Positions 18,947-28,608 of a DNA stretch of 64,000 nt are shown here, piece after piece. Position numbers and translations under genes: made by a program. Position 1 is the stretch's first letter, and each line of letters begins with the position of its first letter. The notes under the pieces are model-generated. The model made no database searches. It saw only the letters and a program-made list of their open reading frames with translations, and was not told the origin of the DNA. The DNA is from Candidatus Bipolaricaulota bacterium (GTDB lineage Bacteria; Bipolaricaulota; Bipolaricaulia; UBA7950; UBA9294): NCBI GenBank assembly GCA_040752575.1, contig JBFMGK010000027.1, positions 56,016 to 120,015 on the forward strand, read 5' to 3'.

Positions 18947-20456
18947 CGGAGCCGTGCTGGGGGTCGAGGCGCGGCTCATTGACGTCCAATGCGATGTCGC
19001 CGGCGGATTGCCGTCGTTCCAGATCGTCGGCCTGCCCGACAAGGAGGTCTCCGAGAGCCGCGAGCGGATCCGAAGTGCGATTCGCAACGGGGGATTCTCA
19101 TTCCCTGCCGGACGCGTGACGGCCAATCTAGCTCCGGCCGATCTGCGCAAGAGTGGGGTGGCGTTCGATCTTGCGCTTGCGCTGGCGATCCTCATCGCGT
19201 CCGGGCAGCTCCCGCCGATCGCGCGCAGGGCTCTCGTAGTGGGGGAACTCGCCCTGACGGGAGGCGTCGAGGCAGTTCCCGGCGTCTTGCCGCTCACGCT
19301 CGAGGCTCGCGCTGCAGGTCTGGATGCCGTTCTCGTGCCGCCCGACAACGCGGCCGAGGCCGCGCTGGTGCAAGGGATCTCCGTCTTCGCCGTGCAGTCG
19401 CTCGAAGAGGCGGCGGTGACCATGATGGACTCGAGCTCGCTCGCGCCGTACTGCGCTCCGCCTCGATCCGAGGAGTCGCCACCTCCGATCCGCAACGATC
19501 TGCGAGAGGTCCGCGGGCAGATCGCGGCCAAGCGAGCGCTCGAGATTGCCGCGGCGGGCGGGCACAACCTTCTCTTGATCGGCACGCCGGGCGCGGGGAA
19601 GAGCATGCTGGCGCGGTGTCTGCCGGACCTGCTGCCGCCGCTCACGTTCGACGAAGCCCTTGATGTGACGCGGATCTACAGCGTGGCCGGGCTCCTGCCG
19701 CGCGGCGCGTCGCTGGTGCGCGAGCGGCCGTTTCGTGCTCCGCATCAGACCATCTCCTATGCCGGCATGGTGGGAGGAGGACATGGCGTGCCCGGTCCGG
19801 GCGAGATCAGCCTCGCGCATCGCGGCGTGCTCTTCCTCGACGAGATTCCCGAGTTCGACCGCAGTGTGCTCGAGACGCTGCGTCAGCCGCTCGAAGACCA
19901 GTGGGTGCTCTTGGCACGCGCAGGGATGTCCGTTCGCTTTCCCTCGTCGTTCGCGCTGGTCGCCGCGATGAATCCCTGTCCGTGTGGTCATCTGGGGGAC
20001 GAAAGCCGGCCGTGCACGTGCTCGCCGCACGAGATCCGGCGCTACCGGCAAAGACTGTCGGGACCGCTGCTCGATCGCATCGATCTGACCGTGGACGTTC
20101 CGCGGCTGTCGGCGGACGAGCTGCTGGGGGCTCCGTCGGGCGAATCGACGGTGCAGGTCCGCGAGCGCGTGCTCGCCGCGCGTCGGGTCCAATGGGCACG
20201 GCAGGCAGTGGCCGGAGTTCCGGACAACGCGCGGCTGGGGACCGAGGCGTTGCGGAGATTCTGCCGCCTCAGTCCCGAAGGGCAGACGCTGTTGCGACGG
20301 GCGATTGTGAGGCTGTCGCTGACGGGAAGAGGGCATGCCCGTGTGCTACGGGTGGCGCGGACGATTGCCGACCTCGACGGAAAGGGGGACATCGAACCGG
20401 CGCACCTTGCGGAGGCGCTGCGATACCGTGGCAGCGTGGCGCAGGCCGACGCGTGA
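18927..20456 (+). CDS. comM: YifB/ComM Mg-chelatase-like AAA+ ATPase
   Basis: NLAPADLRKSG..FDL; GTPGAGKSMLA; GEISLAHRGVLFLDE; SGPLLDRID. Confidence 0.92.
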   Translation: MIGRLTSGAVLGVEARLIDVQCDVAGGLPSFQIVGLPDKEVSESRERIRSAIRNGGFSFPAGRVTANLAPADLRKSGVAFDLALALAILIASGQLPPIARRALVVGELALTGGVEAVPGVLPLTLEARAAGLDAVLVPPDNAAEAALVQGISVFAVQSLEEAAVTMMDSSSLAPYCAPPRSEESPPPIRNDLREVRGQIAAKRALEIAAAGGHNLLLIGTPGAGKSMLARCLPDLLPPLTFDEALDVTRIYSVAGLLPRGASLVRERPFRAPHQTISYAGMVGGGHGVPGPGEISLAHRGVLFLDEIPEFDRSVLETLRQPLEDQWVLLARAGMSVRFPSSFALVAAMNPCPCGHLGDESRPCTCSPHEIRRYRQRLSGPLLDRIDLTVDVPRLSADELLGAPSGESTVQVRERVLAARRVQWARQAVAGVPDNARLGTEALRRFCRLSPEGQTLLRRAIVRLSLTGRGHARVLRVARTIADLDGKGDIEPAHLAEALRYRGSVAQADA

Positions 20457-20581
20457 CGTCGAGGACTCGCGGATTCACCAAAACCACACAGCGGCCGAGT
20501 ACGGTTCGGCACTGGAAACCCTAGGGGGTTCGCAGGATACTCAGCAAGCTGGGCCCCTTTGTGCCTTGCGAGGAGGACTGG

Positions 20582-22774
20582 ATGAAGAGACGCGGTTTGG
20601 CGACGGCGGTCGCCCTCGCCTCGCTCGTTGGACTGGCGGGCGTTCTGACCGTCGGCGCGCAGGACTCGACGTTCCCGCTGACTCTCACGTCGGTCACGGT
20701 CGAGGGAAACCAGAAGATCCGTTCTCGGGAGATCCTCGAAGCCGCCGGCTTGAGCGTCGGAGATGTCCTGCGCGATCAGGCGCAGCTCCAGGAGGCTTCG
20801 CAGGCGGTCTTCGACCTTGGATGGTTTGGCGAGGTCTTGCCCGCCATCGGCGACGGCGGGCGGCTGACCTTCCGCGTCGCGGAGAATCCCGTGATCGAGC
20901 GGATCGTCGTTCGTGGAAACAACTACCGCAAGCCGTTCACGATCTTCGGCTTCGAGCTGACGCGCACGCAGGCGATGCCGACGTGGAAGGTGAAGCAGAT
21001 CCTTCGCGAGCACGACATTCGCGCCGGATCGGTCCCGCGGGCGCGCGACCTCCAGGCTGCGCTTGAGGAGGTCGTGCAGACCTACAAAGACAGAGGATAC
21101 ATCCTGGTTATGGTCGGCGACGTGAAACTTGACTCGGTGTTGTCCATCGAGCTCATCGAGGGTCGGCTTGCAGGCAATCGCGTGTCCGGGCTGGTCACCG
21201 TGCCCGAGGACGTGGCGTTGGGCATGATGTCGTTGCCAATGTACCGCCCGCTCATGCAGAGCGACCTCCAGGAGGTCATGACGCGGCTCACGCAGTCGGT
21301 GTACTTCGAGGACGTTCGCGTCGACCCGGCTCAAGGGCCGACGCGAGACAGCGTGTACCTCGACTGGACGCTGACCGAACGCATGTTGCTCGAGTCTCCC
21401 CGGGCCGTGTCCTGGGTGCGAGTCCAAGGAGTGACGCAGTTCCCGCGGACGGTCGCGCAGAACGAAGTGGGGTACGTCTCGGGCGACGCCGTGGACAACT
21501 ACGCTCTCCTGAAGGCGCTCGAGGGCGTTCAGCGGCTCTACCGCGACGCCGGATTCGTCATGGCGAGACCAAAGCTTGCCGGGTTCGACGGCGACGTCGC
21601 GCTCATCGAGATCGAGGAGGGCGTGGTCGCGGAGATCGTGCTCGAGACGACCTCGGCCACTCGGCGTCGCGTGCTCGAGAAGACCCTGGACATTGAAGTC
21701 GGCAGGATCCTGACGCGGCATGACCTTCAAGTCTCCTACCAGGCGCTCAACGCGCTCGGCTACTTCAGGGACATCCTCATGGAGCCGGAGTGGGGCGAAA
21801 GCGGCGTGCGAGTTGTCGTGGGGATCACCGACCAGTCGAAGCTCGGCGGGATGAACGGCTCGGTCGCGTTCGAGCCGACGACGGGCGGAATCGTCGGCGA
21901 CCTGACCGTGAAGCAGCGGAATCTGTTCGGCACGGGGCAGGACGTATCGCTGAGCTATCAGCGAGGCATGTCACCCGAGGGCGTTCTCGAAACCAGCACG
22001 TGGGATCTCGGGTACACAACCCTGGCAACGCGAACGGATTTCGACCGCATCGCTCTCGACCTCTACCGAAAGACGGATCTCGTCAAAGAGGACGACGCGG
22101 AGAAGACGGTTCTTACGCTTGGCGCCAACGTTGAGTTTCGCTATCCGATTGCCGACTACACGGACCTCGCGATCGCCTATCGCCACGACGTCGAGCGGCC
22201 GCTCGACGTCACGACGTGGTCCCTCGTCGACGCCATCGTGCTTTCCGTCGACCAGGACTCCAGCGACGACCTCCTCTTTCCCCATCGTGGGGCGCGACGC
22301 GTTCTGTCGCTCGAGAAGGCGGGAGGCTTCGCGGTCGGCAAGGAGTACGCCAAGCTGGATGCGACGTGGATTGAGTTCGTTCCGCTGTACGGCGACTTCC
22401 TCTCTCGCGTGGAGAGAACCTTCGCCGTACGGCTCAAGCTCGGATTCGGAGGGGAAGGCCTCTCCGGCGCGCAGGCCTACCAACTTGGGGGGCCGACGAG
22501 CGTGCGGGGAGCCGAGACAAGGTCGGTGCGATCCCTTGCGCTGGCGAACGCGGAGTACCGCCTCACGTTGACCGACGGGTTGGCCGTGCATGCGTTCCTG
22601 GACCTTGGAGTGGATCCCGGAACCCTACGCCGGGAAGACATCCTCGCCTCGTCCGGGCTGGAAATCGCCATGCTTGCCGCGGGCGTCTATGTGCGCCTGG
22701 ATGTCGTATGGCTGCTCGGCCGAGACGCAAGCTGGGTGCCCACGTTTGAGTTCGGTTTCGGACCGATGTTCTGA
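20582..22774 (+). CDS. bamA: Omp85/BamA family outer-membrane assembly protein (POTRA repeats + barrel)
   Basis: Signal peptide; about 5 POTRA-like units (LGWF, DRGY, SVYF, DAGF, LGYF); NLFGTGQ; GGPTSVRG; C-terminal F; followed by ompH and fabZ. Confidence 0.8.
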   Translation: MKRRGLATAVALASLVGLAGVLTVGAQDSTFPLTLTSVTVEGNQKIRSREILEAAGLSVGDVLRDQAQLQEASQAVFDLGWFGEVLPAIGDGGRLTFRVAENPVIERIVVRGNNYRKPFTIFGFELTRTQAMPTWKVKQILREHDIRAGSVPRARDLQAALEEVVQTYKDRGYILVMVGDVKLDSVLSIELIEGRLAGNRVSGLVTVPEDVALGMMSLPMYRPLMQSDLQEVMTRLTQSVYFEDVRVDPAQGPTRDSVYLDWTLTERMLLESPRAVSWVRVQGVTQFPRTVAQNEVGYVSGDAVDNYALLKALEGVQRLYRDAGFVMARPKLAGFDGDVALIEIEEGVVAEIVLETTSATRRRVLEKTLDIEVGRILTRHDLQVSYQALNALGYFRDILMEPEWGESGVRVVVGITDQSKLGGMNGSVAFEPTTGGIVGDLTVKQRNLFGTGQDVSLSYQRGMSPEGVLETSTWDLGYTTLATRTDFDRIALDLYRKTDLVKEDDAEKTVLTLGANVEFRYPIADYTDLAIAYRHDVERPLDVTTWSLVDAIVLSVDQDSSDDLLFPHRGARRVLSLEKAGGFAVGKEYAKLDATWIEFVPLYGDFLSRVERTFAVRLKLGFGGEGLSGAQAYQLGGPTSVRGAETRSVRSLALANAEYRLTLTDGLAVHAFLDLGVDPGTLRREDILASSGLEIAMLAAGVYVRLDVVWLLGRDASWVPTFEFGFGPMF

Positions 22775-22847
22775 TGACGCCCGGGACGGCAATGAGCTAC
22801 ACTCGCCGTGTTGCAGAAGAGGGGATGGAGTCGTAAGGAGGAAGGGT

Positions 22848-23597
22848 ATGACGCGGGTTTCTCTTGTTCTTGGAGCCGTGGCGCTGGTTCTCGCAGCGGG
22901 TGCACTCGTCCTGCATTTCGCAACGTCATCGGGAGCCGGGGGCGTTAGTCCTGCGGATCTGAATGCGCTTGCGGCTCGCGTGAGTTCGCTCGAGGCCTCA
23001 GGGGTCTCGGGCCAGTCCTTGAAGGTCGGCTACATCGACGTCGACGCGGCCTTCGTCGTGTTCACCAACGCGGTGAGCGACCTTCGAGAGCGGTCGACGC
23101 AGAAGCGCAACGAGATCGTGACACTCCAGAACTCCTACCTCGAGGGCACGGTCTCCAAGGATCAGTACCAGCGGCGACTGAACGAGCTGAACACTGAGCT
23201 GCTCGATGCCCAGCTCGCGTCCGACGTCGGGACGCTCGATCGGATGATCGCTTCCTCCTCCTTTGCCGACCTGCGGTCGGACCTGCAGAGGCTGCGCGAG
23301 CAGGCGCAGTCGATCGTCGACGAGGCCAAGAATCTCGTATCGATGGCCAAGGGTGGCGCGATCGATCCTACCGAGTTTCAGAGCCGGCTCGCGCAGGTGC
23401 AGAGCGCCTTCACGCAGCTCGACCAGGTCGTGACGACGGCGGCGGTCGCCAAGATCCAGCAAGCGGCGCAGCGCGTGGCGATCCAGCGGGGCTTCGACCT
23501 TGTCGTTGCGAAGAAGAACGTGATCGCCTACAGCGATCCGTCCGCCGTGACCGACATCACGGAGTTTGTGAAGACCGAGATCGCCAACTATCTCTAG
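22848..23597 (+). CDS. OmpH/Skp-like periplasmic chaperone (elongated)
   Basis: LKVGYIDV...coiled coil...VAIQRGFDLVV...DITE.V; downstream of bamA. Confidence 0.8.
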   Translation: MTRVSLVLGAVALVLAAGALVLHFATSSGAGGVSPADLNALAARVSSLEASGVSGQSLKVGYIDVDAAFVVFTNAVSDLRERSTQKRNEIVTLQNSYLEGTVSKDQYQRRLNELNTELLDAQLASDVGTLDRMIASSSFADLRSDLQRLREQAQSIVDEAKNLVSMAKGGAIDPTEFQSRLAQVQSAFTQLDQVVTTAAVAKIQQAAQRVAIQRGFDLVVAKKNVIAYSDPSAVTDITEFVKTEIANYL

Positions 23598-23619
23598 TCG
23601 TCGCGAGGCAGGCGGAGCG

Positions 23620-24060
23620 ATGCGTGACATCGAGGAGATCCGGCGGATTCTGCCGCTGCGGTTTCCGTACCTGATGATCGACCGCGTGATCGAGGAGGAA
23701 CCCGGTCGCGTGGTTGCGCTGAAGAACGTCACGATCGGTGAGCCTTTCTTTCAGGGGCATTTCCCCGAGCCGCTCCCCGCGGTGATGCCGGGGACGCTGA
23801 TCCTTGAGGCAATGGCCCAGACGGCGGCCTTCTTGCTGACGCGCGACGCGGGTGGGGAAGGCTACTTGATCGCCGTGGATGCGGCGCGATTCCGCCGGCG
23901 AGTGACGCCCGGAGACCAGCTTCGACTCGAGGCGGTCGTGACAAGGCGGCGGGCGAGCCTCGTTCAGGCCGACGTCGTCGCGACGGTCGGTGGCGAGCGC
24001 GCGGCTTCAGCCACGATCTCGCTTCTCGCGCGCGGCGGGGAGGTTGTCGAGGACGCTTGA
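23620..24060 (+). CDS. fabZ: 3-hydroxyacyl-ACP dehydratase
   Basis: KNVTIGEPFFQGHFP; MPGTLILEAMAQ; RFRRRVTPGDQL. Confidence 0.93.
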   Translation: MRDIEEIRRILPLRFPYLMIDRVIEEEPGRVVALKNVTIGEPFFQGHFPEPLPAVMPGTLILEAMAQTAAFLLTRDAGGEGYLIAVDAARFRRRVTPGDQLRLEAVVTRRRASLVQADVVATVGGERAASATISLLARGGEVVEDA

Positions 24061-24941
24061 TCGAGTGTGTTCCCAATCTGAGTGAAGGTCGAGATGCGGC
24101 GGCGGTCGAGCGGATCGCCGCCGCATGCCGTATTCCGGGCGTGCGGCAGCTGGACGTTCACAGCGACGCGGATCATCACCGGACGGTTCTGACGTTGGTG
24201 GGAGACGCAGATCCGCTCGAAACGTGCATCGTTGCACTGGCCCAGTCCGCGCAACGGGAGATCGATCTCCGAAGGCACGCGGGCGTTCACCCGCGCGTGG
24301 GTGCACTGGATGTCGTCCCGTTCGTTCCTTTGGGGCGCGAGTCGATGAGGGTATGCGCGGATCTGGCGCGCCGAGTCGGCGAGCGCATCGCGCGCGAGAC
24401 GGGAATCCCCGTGTTTCTGTATGGGCGGGCCGCGGAGCCGCCGGACTCCATGACGCTGGCGCAGTTGCGGCGCGGCGGGCTTGCTGGACTCGCGGGACGG
24501 ATGGAGCGAGGCGAGACGCGTCCCGACTATGGGGTCGAGCTTCATCCCACAGCGGGCGCCGTGGCGGTGGGGGCGCGCGGGCTTCTCGTCGCCTACAATG
24601 TGTGCCTGGCCACGCGCGATCTGGAGCTTGCTCGGCGGATCGCGCGCTCGGTTCGCGCGACGGAAGGCGGGCTGGCCGGCGTCCAGGCGTTGGCGCTTGC
24701 ACTGCCTCGTCGTCGGATGATCCAGATCTCGATGAACCTCACAGACCCCGAGGCGACGAGCCTTTCGAACGCGTTCGAGGCCGTCGCGGCATGTGCCGCG
24801 GACGCGGGCGTCGCCGTTCACTCGAGCGAGATCGTGGGGCTTGCCCCGACCTGGTCGATCGGTCCGCTCGATGCGCGGGCCCTGCGGCTCGAGGAGCCCC
24901 TGGAGGGGAAGCTGCTCGAGCGGCGGCTGGAGGCGGCGTGA
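24057..24941 (+). CDS. ftcD: Glutamate formimidoyltransferase
   Basis: IECVPNLSEGR; DADHHRTV; HAGVHPRVGALDVVPFVP; QISMNL; TTG start overlapping the fabZ stop. Confidence 0.92.
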   Translation: MIECVPNLSEGRDAAAVERIAAACRIPGVRQLDVHSDADHHRTVLTLVGDADPLETCIVALAQSAQREIDLRRHAGVHPRVGALDVVPFVPLGRESMRVCADLARRVGERIARETGIPVFLYGRAAEPPDSMTLAQLRRGGLAGLAGRMERGETRPDYGVELHPTAGAVAVGARGLLVAYNVCLATRDLELARRIARSVRATEGGLAGVQALALALPRRRMIQISMNLTDPEATSLSNAFEAVAACAADAGVAVHSSEIVGLAPTWSIGPLDARALRLEEPLEGKLLERRLEAA

Positions 24942-26260
24942 GCCTCGAGATGCAAGGGCTGCGTGCGCGCACTGCTCTCGTCCTCGGCTACGGCGTGACC
25001 GGTCGAGCCGTGGCGCGCTTTCTCGTGGCGCGTGGAGTCGCCGTGCGGATCAGCGATCGTCGCCCGCTTCCGGTGGACGTGGACGAGTGGCTTTGTCAGC
25101 ACGCGCAGGCCTTCGAAGGAGGCGGGCACAGCGCGCAGTTCCTCGAGGGTGTGGACGTCGTCATCCCGAGCCCTGGCGTGGCCGCGGGCGAGCCGATTCT
25201 CGTCGAGGCGAGGCGGCGTGGAGTTCCCGTGGCCTCGGAGCTGGACGTCGCGCAGAGCGTAACGAAGACGCCGGTCCTTGCGGTCACTGGGACGAACGGC
25301 AAGAGCACGACGGTCAGCCTCATCGGTTCTCTGCTCGAACTTGCGGGCCTCAAGGCGTGGGTCGGCGGCAACCTCGGAACGCCGTTTGTCTCCTACGCAG
25401 ACCGAGCCGAGTCTGCGAACGTCGCCGTCGTGGAGGCGAGCAGCTTCCAACTTGAGCAGAGTTCGTGGTTCCGGCCGAGCGTCGCCGTGCTCCTCAACCT
25501 CGAACCGAACCATCTGGAGCGGCACGGGACCTTCGAGGCGTACCAAGCCGCGAAGCTCAGAGTCTTCGCGCGCCAGAAGGAGTCGGACGCCGCGGTTCTG
25601 CCGCGGCGCCTGGCCGACACGGTCGACCACGGGCGCGGACGGCTCGTTGTCTACGATGAGCCGATCCCGCCACTTCCGCGCGGCAGCCAGGCGCTGGGGG
25701 CGGTGTGGCGGCTAGACCTTGCGGCCGCGATCTGCGCCTGCCGCGAGCTCGTGCCAGGGTTCGATGCGACCACGCTCGACGTCGAGCAACTTGAGTCCGC
25801 GTTGCGCCTTCCGCACCGGCAAAGCCTCGTCGGAACTGCAGGGGGCGTACGGTTCGTCGACGATTCCAAGGCGACGAGTGCCGCCGCTACGCTGGCTGCG
25901 CTGACATCGGTCCCCGGCCCTCATGTCCTCCTGCTCGGCGGCCGATCGAAGCGCGGCGGATACGAGGCGCTGGCCGCAGCCCTGGCCGCGTCGCCTCCTC
26001 GGGCGATTCTCCTCTACGGCGAGGCCCGCGAGGAGTTGGCCGCTGCGTTGTCCAAGGTCGCTGTGCCCTACCGCTTCGCCGCGGACCTCGACGAGGCGTT
26101 CAGGGCCGCCGTCGCTGCGGCGAGGCCGGGCGACGTTGTGCTGCTCTCTCCGGCCTGTTCGAGCTTCGACGCCTTCCGCAGCTATGAAGAACGGGGGCAG
26201 GCGTTTGTCGCCGCCGCCCGCCGGCTCTCCGGTTTCTCGGAGTCTGCCAAGGACGCCTAG
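24938..26260 (+). CDS. murD: UDP-N-acetylmuramoyl-L-alanine--D-glutamate ligase
   Basis: GYGVTG; VTGTNGKSTT; EASSFQL; DDSKAT; LLSPACSSFD.F..YEERG. Confidence 0.93.
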   Translation: MSLEMQGLRARTALVLGYGVTGRAVARFLVARGVAVRISDRRPLPVDVDEWLCQHAQAFEGGGHSAQFLEGVDVVIPSPGVAAGEPILVEARRRGVPVASELDVAQSVTKTPVLAVTGTNGKSTTVSLIGSLLELAGLKAWVGGNLGTPFVSYADRAESANVAVVEASSFQLEQSSWFRPSVAVLLNLEPNHLERHGTFEAYQAAKLRVFARQKESDAAVLPRRLADTVDHGRGRLVVYDEPIPPLPRGSQALGAVWRLDLAAAICACRELVPGFDATTLDVEQLESALRLPHRQSLVGTAGGVRFVDDSKATSAAATLAALTSVPGPHVLLLGGRSKRGGYEALAAALAASPPRAILLYGEAREELAAALSKVAVPYRFAADLDEAFRAAVAAARPGDVVLLSPACSSFDAFRSYEERGQAFVAAARRLSGFSESAKDA

Positions 26261-26398
26261 TCCTTTCGCAGCGGACAGTCGTCCGCCCCCGAGGGCGCAA
26301 AGCCTCTCTTCCATAAGCCCCCCCTTCCTTCCGCGTCGCGGACACCTGGCGTATCGATGTCTCGTGAGCGGGCGAGAGACGGCGAAGGAGGGCGGGCG

Positions 26399-27484
26399 AT
26401 GATCGGGCGCGCGGATCGGGCGACGATCTTGACGACCTCGTTCCTCCTCTTGGCCGGCCTGATCGCGTTGTACAGCGCGAGTGCTCCGTTCTCGCTACGA
26501 CACTTCGGCAGCGACCTGCACATGCTCGTCAGGCAGTTGGCGGCCGCCGGTGCGGGGTGCGTCGCTCTGTTCGTCTTCGCACGCCTCGACTACCACCTGC
26601 TTCTGCAGCTCAACGAGGTGATTCTCTTCGGCGCAACGGCCCTCAGTTGCGTGACGCTTCTTCCACTTCCGATATGCGTCGGCGGTTGTTGGCTCTCGTT
26701 CGGCGCCTTCGACCTGCAGCCGACCGAGTTCGTGAAGCTTGCCCTGATCCTTTACCTGTCGGCGTCGATTGCCCGTCGCGGAGGGCGCATGGCGAGGTTC
26801 GGCGAGGGAGTCGCGCCGTATCTGTTGATTCTCGGCGTGTTGGGTGCGATCACCATGAGCCAACCGGACCTCGGGATGCTCCTCGTCTACGCGGGGATCA
26901 CCCTGACCATGCTCTTTCTGGGCGGCGCCAGTCTGCGCCACCTCGCGGCGATCGGGCTGGCCTCGTTGCCGCTCGTCTACGTGGCAGTGCGCATCGCTCC
27001 GTATCGCTTCGCTCGCTTGCTGTCGTTCCTCAACCCTACGGCGTACAGCACGTCGTCGGGATACCAGGTTCTGCAGTCCCTGGTCGCTGTCGGGTCGGGA
27101 GGGCTCCTCGGTCGGGGGCTCGGCGCGTCGCGCGCCAAGCTGTTCTACCTTCCGCAGGCGCACAACGACTTCATCCTGTCCATCGTGGGAGAGGAGCTGG
27201 GTCTCCTCGGGACGGTCGCCGCGCTGTCGCTGCTCGGATTGCTCGTCTGGCGGGCGTTCGTCATTGCCGAGGCGGCGCGGGACGCGGAGGGACGGCTCAT
27301 TGCCTACGGGATCGGGGTTTCCATCGGTCTGCAGACCCTGCTCAACGCAGGGGTGATTCTCGGAATCCTTCCGGTCACCGGGCTCACGCTGCCGTTCTTC
27401 AGCAACGGGGGGACGTCCCTCCTGTTGACCCTCGCGATGGTGGGCGTCCTGCTCAACGTGTCGCGGCAAGGAGGCACGCGGTGA
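26399..27484 (+). CDS. ftsW: SEDS family peptidoglycan polymerase FtsW
   Basis: QPTEFVK; QPDLG; LPQAHNDFI; PVTGLTLPFFSNGGTS. Confidence 0.93.
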   Translation: MIGRADRATILTTSFLLLAGLIALYSASAPFSLRHFGSDLHMLVRQLAAAGAGCVALFVFARLDYHLLLQLNEVILFGATALSCVTLLPLPICVGGCWLSFGAFDLQPTEFVKLALILYLSASIARRGGRMARFGEGVAPYLLILGVLGAITMSQPDLGMLLVYAGITLTMLFLGGASLRHLAAIGLASLPLVYVAVRIAPYRFARLLSFLNPTAYSTSSGYQVLQSLVAVGSGGLLGRGLGASRAKLFYLPQAHNDFILSIVGEELGLLGTVAALSLLGLLVWRAFVIAEAARDAEGRLIAYGIGVSIGLQTLLNAGVILGILPVTGLTLPFFSNGGTSLLLTLAMVGVLLNVSRQGGTR

Positions 27485-28608
27485 GGGTCATGGTGGCGGG
27501 AGGGGGAACCGGGGGACACGTCTACCCCGCGCTGGCGATCCTCGACGAGCTACGCCAGGCGGACTCCGCACTGCATGCCGCGTACGTGGGGACGCGTTCG
27601 GGACTTGAGGCTAAGGTTCTCGCCGGCGTGAGGAACGTGCGCTTCTTCCCGCTCGCGGTTCGAGGTCGCACGCGTCGCGGCTTGCTTGGCGACGTCTGGA
27701 CCGCGACTCGACTCGTGGTCGGCCTGATGCAGGCCGCGTGGGCACTGCTGACCTTTCGGCCGGACGTCGTGATCGGAGTGGGCGGCTACAGCTCGTTGGC
27801 TCCGGTCTTTCTCGCGGCCCTCGCCGGCCGCCTCGGGCGCGTTCGGACGGCCATCCATGAGCAGAATGCCAAGCCGGGTCTTGCCAATCGATGGTTGGCG
27901 CGATGGGTCGACGTCGCGTTCGTTGCCTACTCGGAGGCTGCCACAGCCCTCCCGGGGGCGCGAAGGGTGATCGTTACCGGGACGCCCATCCGGAAGGAGT
28001 TCCACGCCACACCTCGGCGACGAGAGATGTACGAAGCGTTCGGCCTCGATCCGCGGCGGCAGACCGTCCTTGTCGTCGGGGGATCGCTCGGTTCGCAGGA
28101 ACTCGTAGGCCAGGTCATCTCGGGCGTCGACTCTCTCATCGCGCGCGGCGACGTCCAGGTGTTGGTGTCGGCAGGAACCGCGACGGCGGCCGACGCGGCG
28201 CGGACTGCACTTGCCGAACGCGGCGTGACCAACGTCGTGGTTGTGCCGTTCATCGAACGCATGGCCGAGGCGCTGGCGATGGCCGATCTGGTGGTGTCGC
28301 GAGCCGGAGCCACGACGCTTGCCGAGATCACGAGCTGCGGCAAGGCGTCTGTCGTCGTCCCCTGGCGAGGGGCGGCCGACGACCATCAGACCGAGAACGC
28401 ACGAGCGCTCGAACGCGCTCGCGCCTGTCGAGTTGCGACGGACGCGATGCTCGAACGGGGCGAACTCGTGAGCTTCGCCTTGGGGCTCATGGATGATCGC
28501 GAGGCTCTTGCAGACCTTACCCAACACTCGCGCCTTGCAGGGCGCGCCGACGCGGGGCGGCGGATCCGCTTCGAGATTGAGTCGTTGCTGAAGGGGGTTC
28601 GTGCGTAA
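27481..28608 (+). CDS. murG: Undecaprenyl-PP-MurNAc-pentapeptide GlcNAc transferase
   Basis: AGGGTGGHVYP; HEQNAKPGLAN; GGSLGS; SRAGATT; HQTENA. Confidence 0.96.
   Translation: MRVMVAGGGTGGHVYPALAILDELRQADSALHAAYVGTRSGLEAKVLAGVRNVRFFPLAVRGRTRRGLLGDVWTATRLVVGLMQAAWALLTFRPDVVIGVGGYSSLAPVFLAALAGRLGRVRTAIHEQNAKPGLANRWLARWVDVAFVAYSEAATALPGARRVIVTGTPIRKEFHATPRRREMYEAFGLDPRRQTVLVVGGSLGSQELVGQVISGVDSLIARGDVQVLVSAGTATAADAARTALAERGVTNVVVVPFIERMAEALAMADLVVSRAGATTLAEITSCGKASVVVPWRGAADDHQTENARALERARACRVATDAMLERGELVSFALGLMDDREALADLTQHSRLAGRADAGRRIRFEIESLLKGVRA

Noticed and set aside
24125..28608. Apparent N-terminal extensions or fusions of murD (711 aa) and murG (683 aa) in the ORF track
   Set aside because: The extensions overlap ftcD and ftsW in other frames; GTG starts at 24938 and 27481 overlap the upstream stops and give normal lengths.
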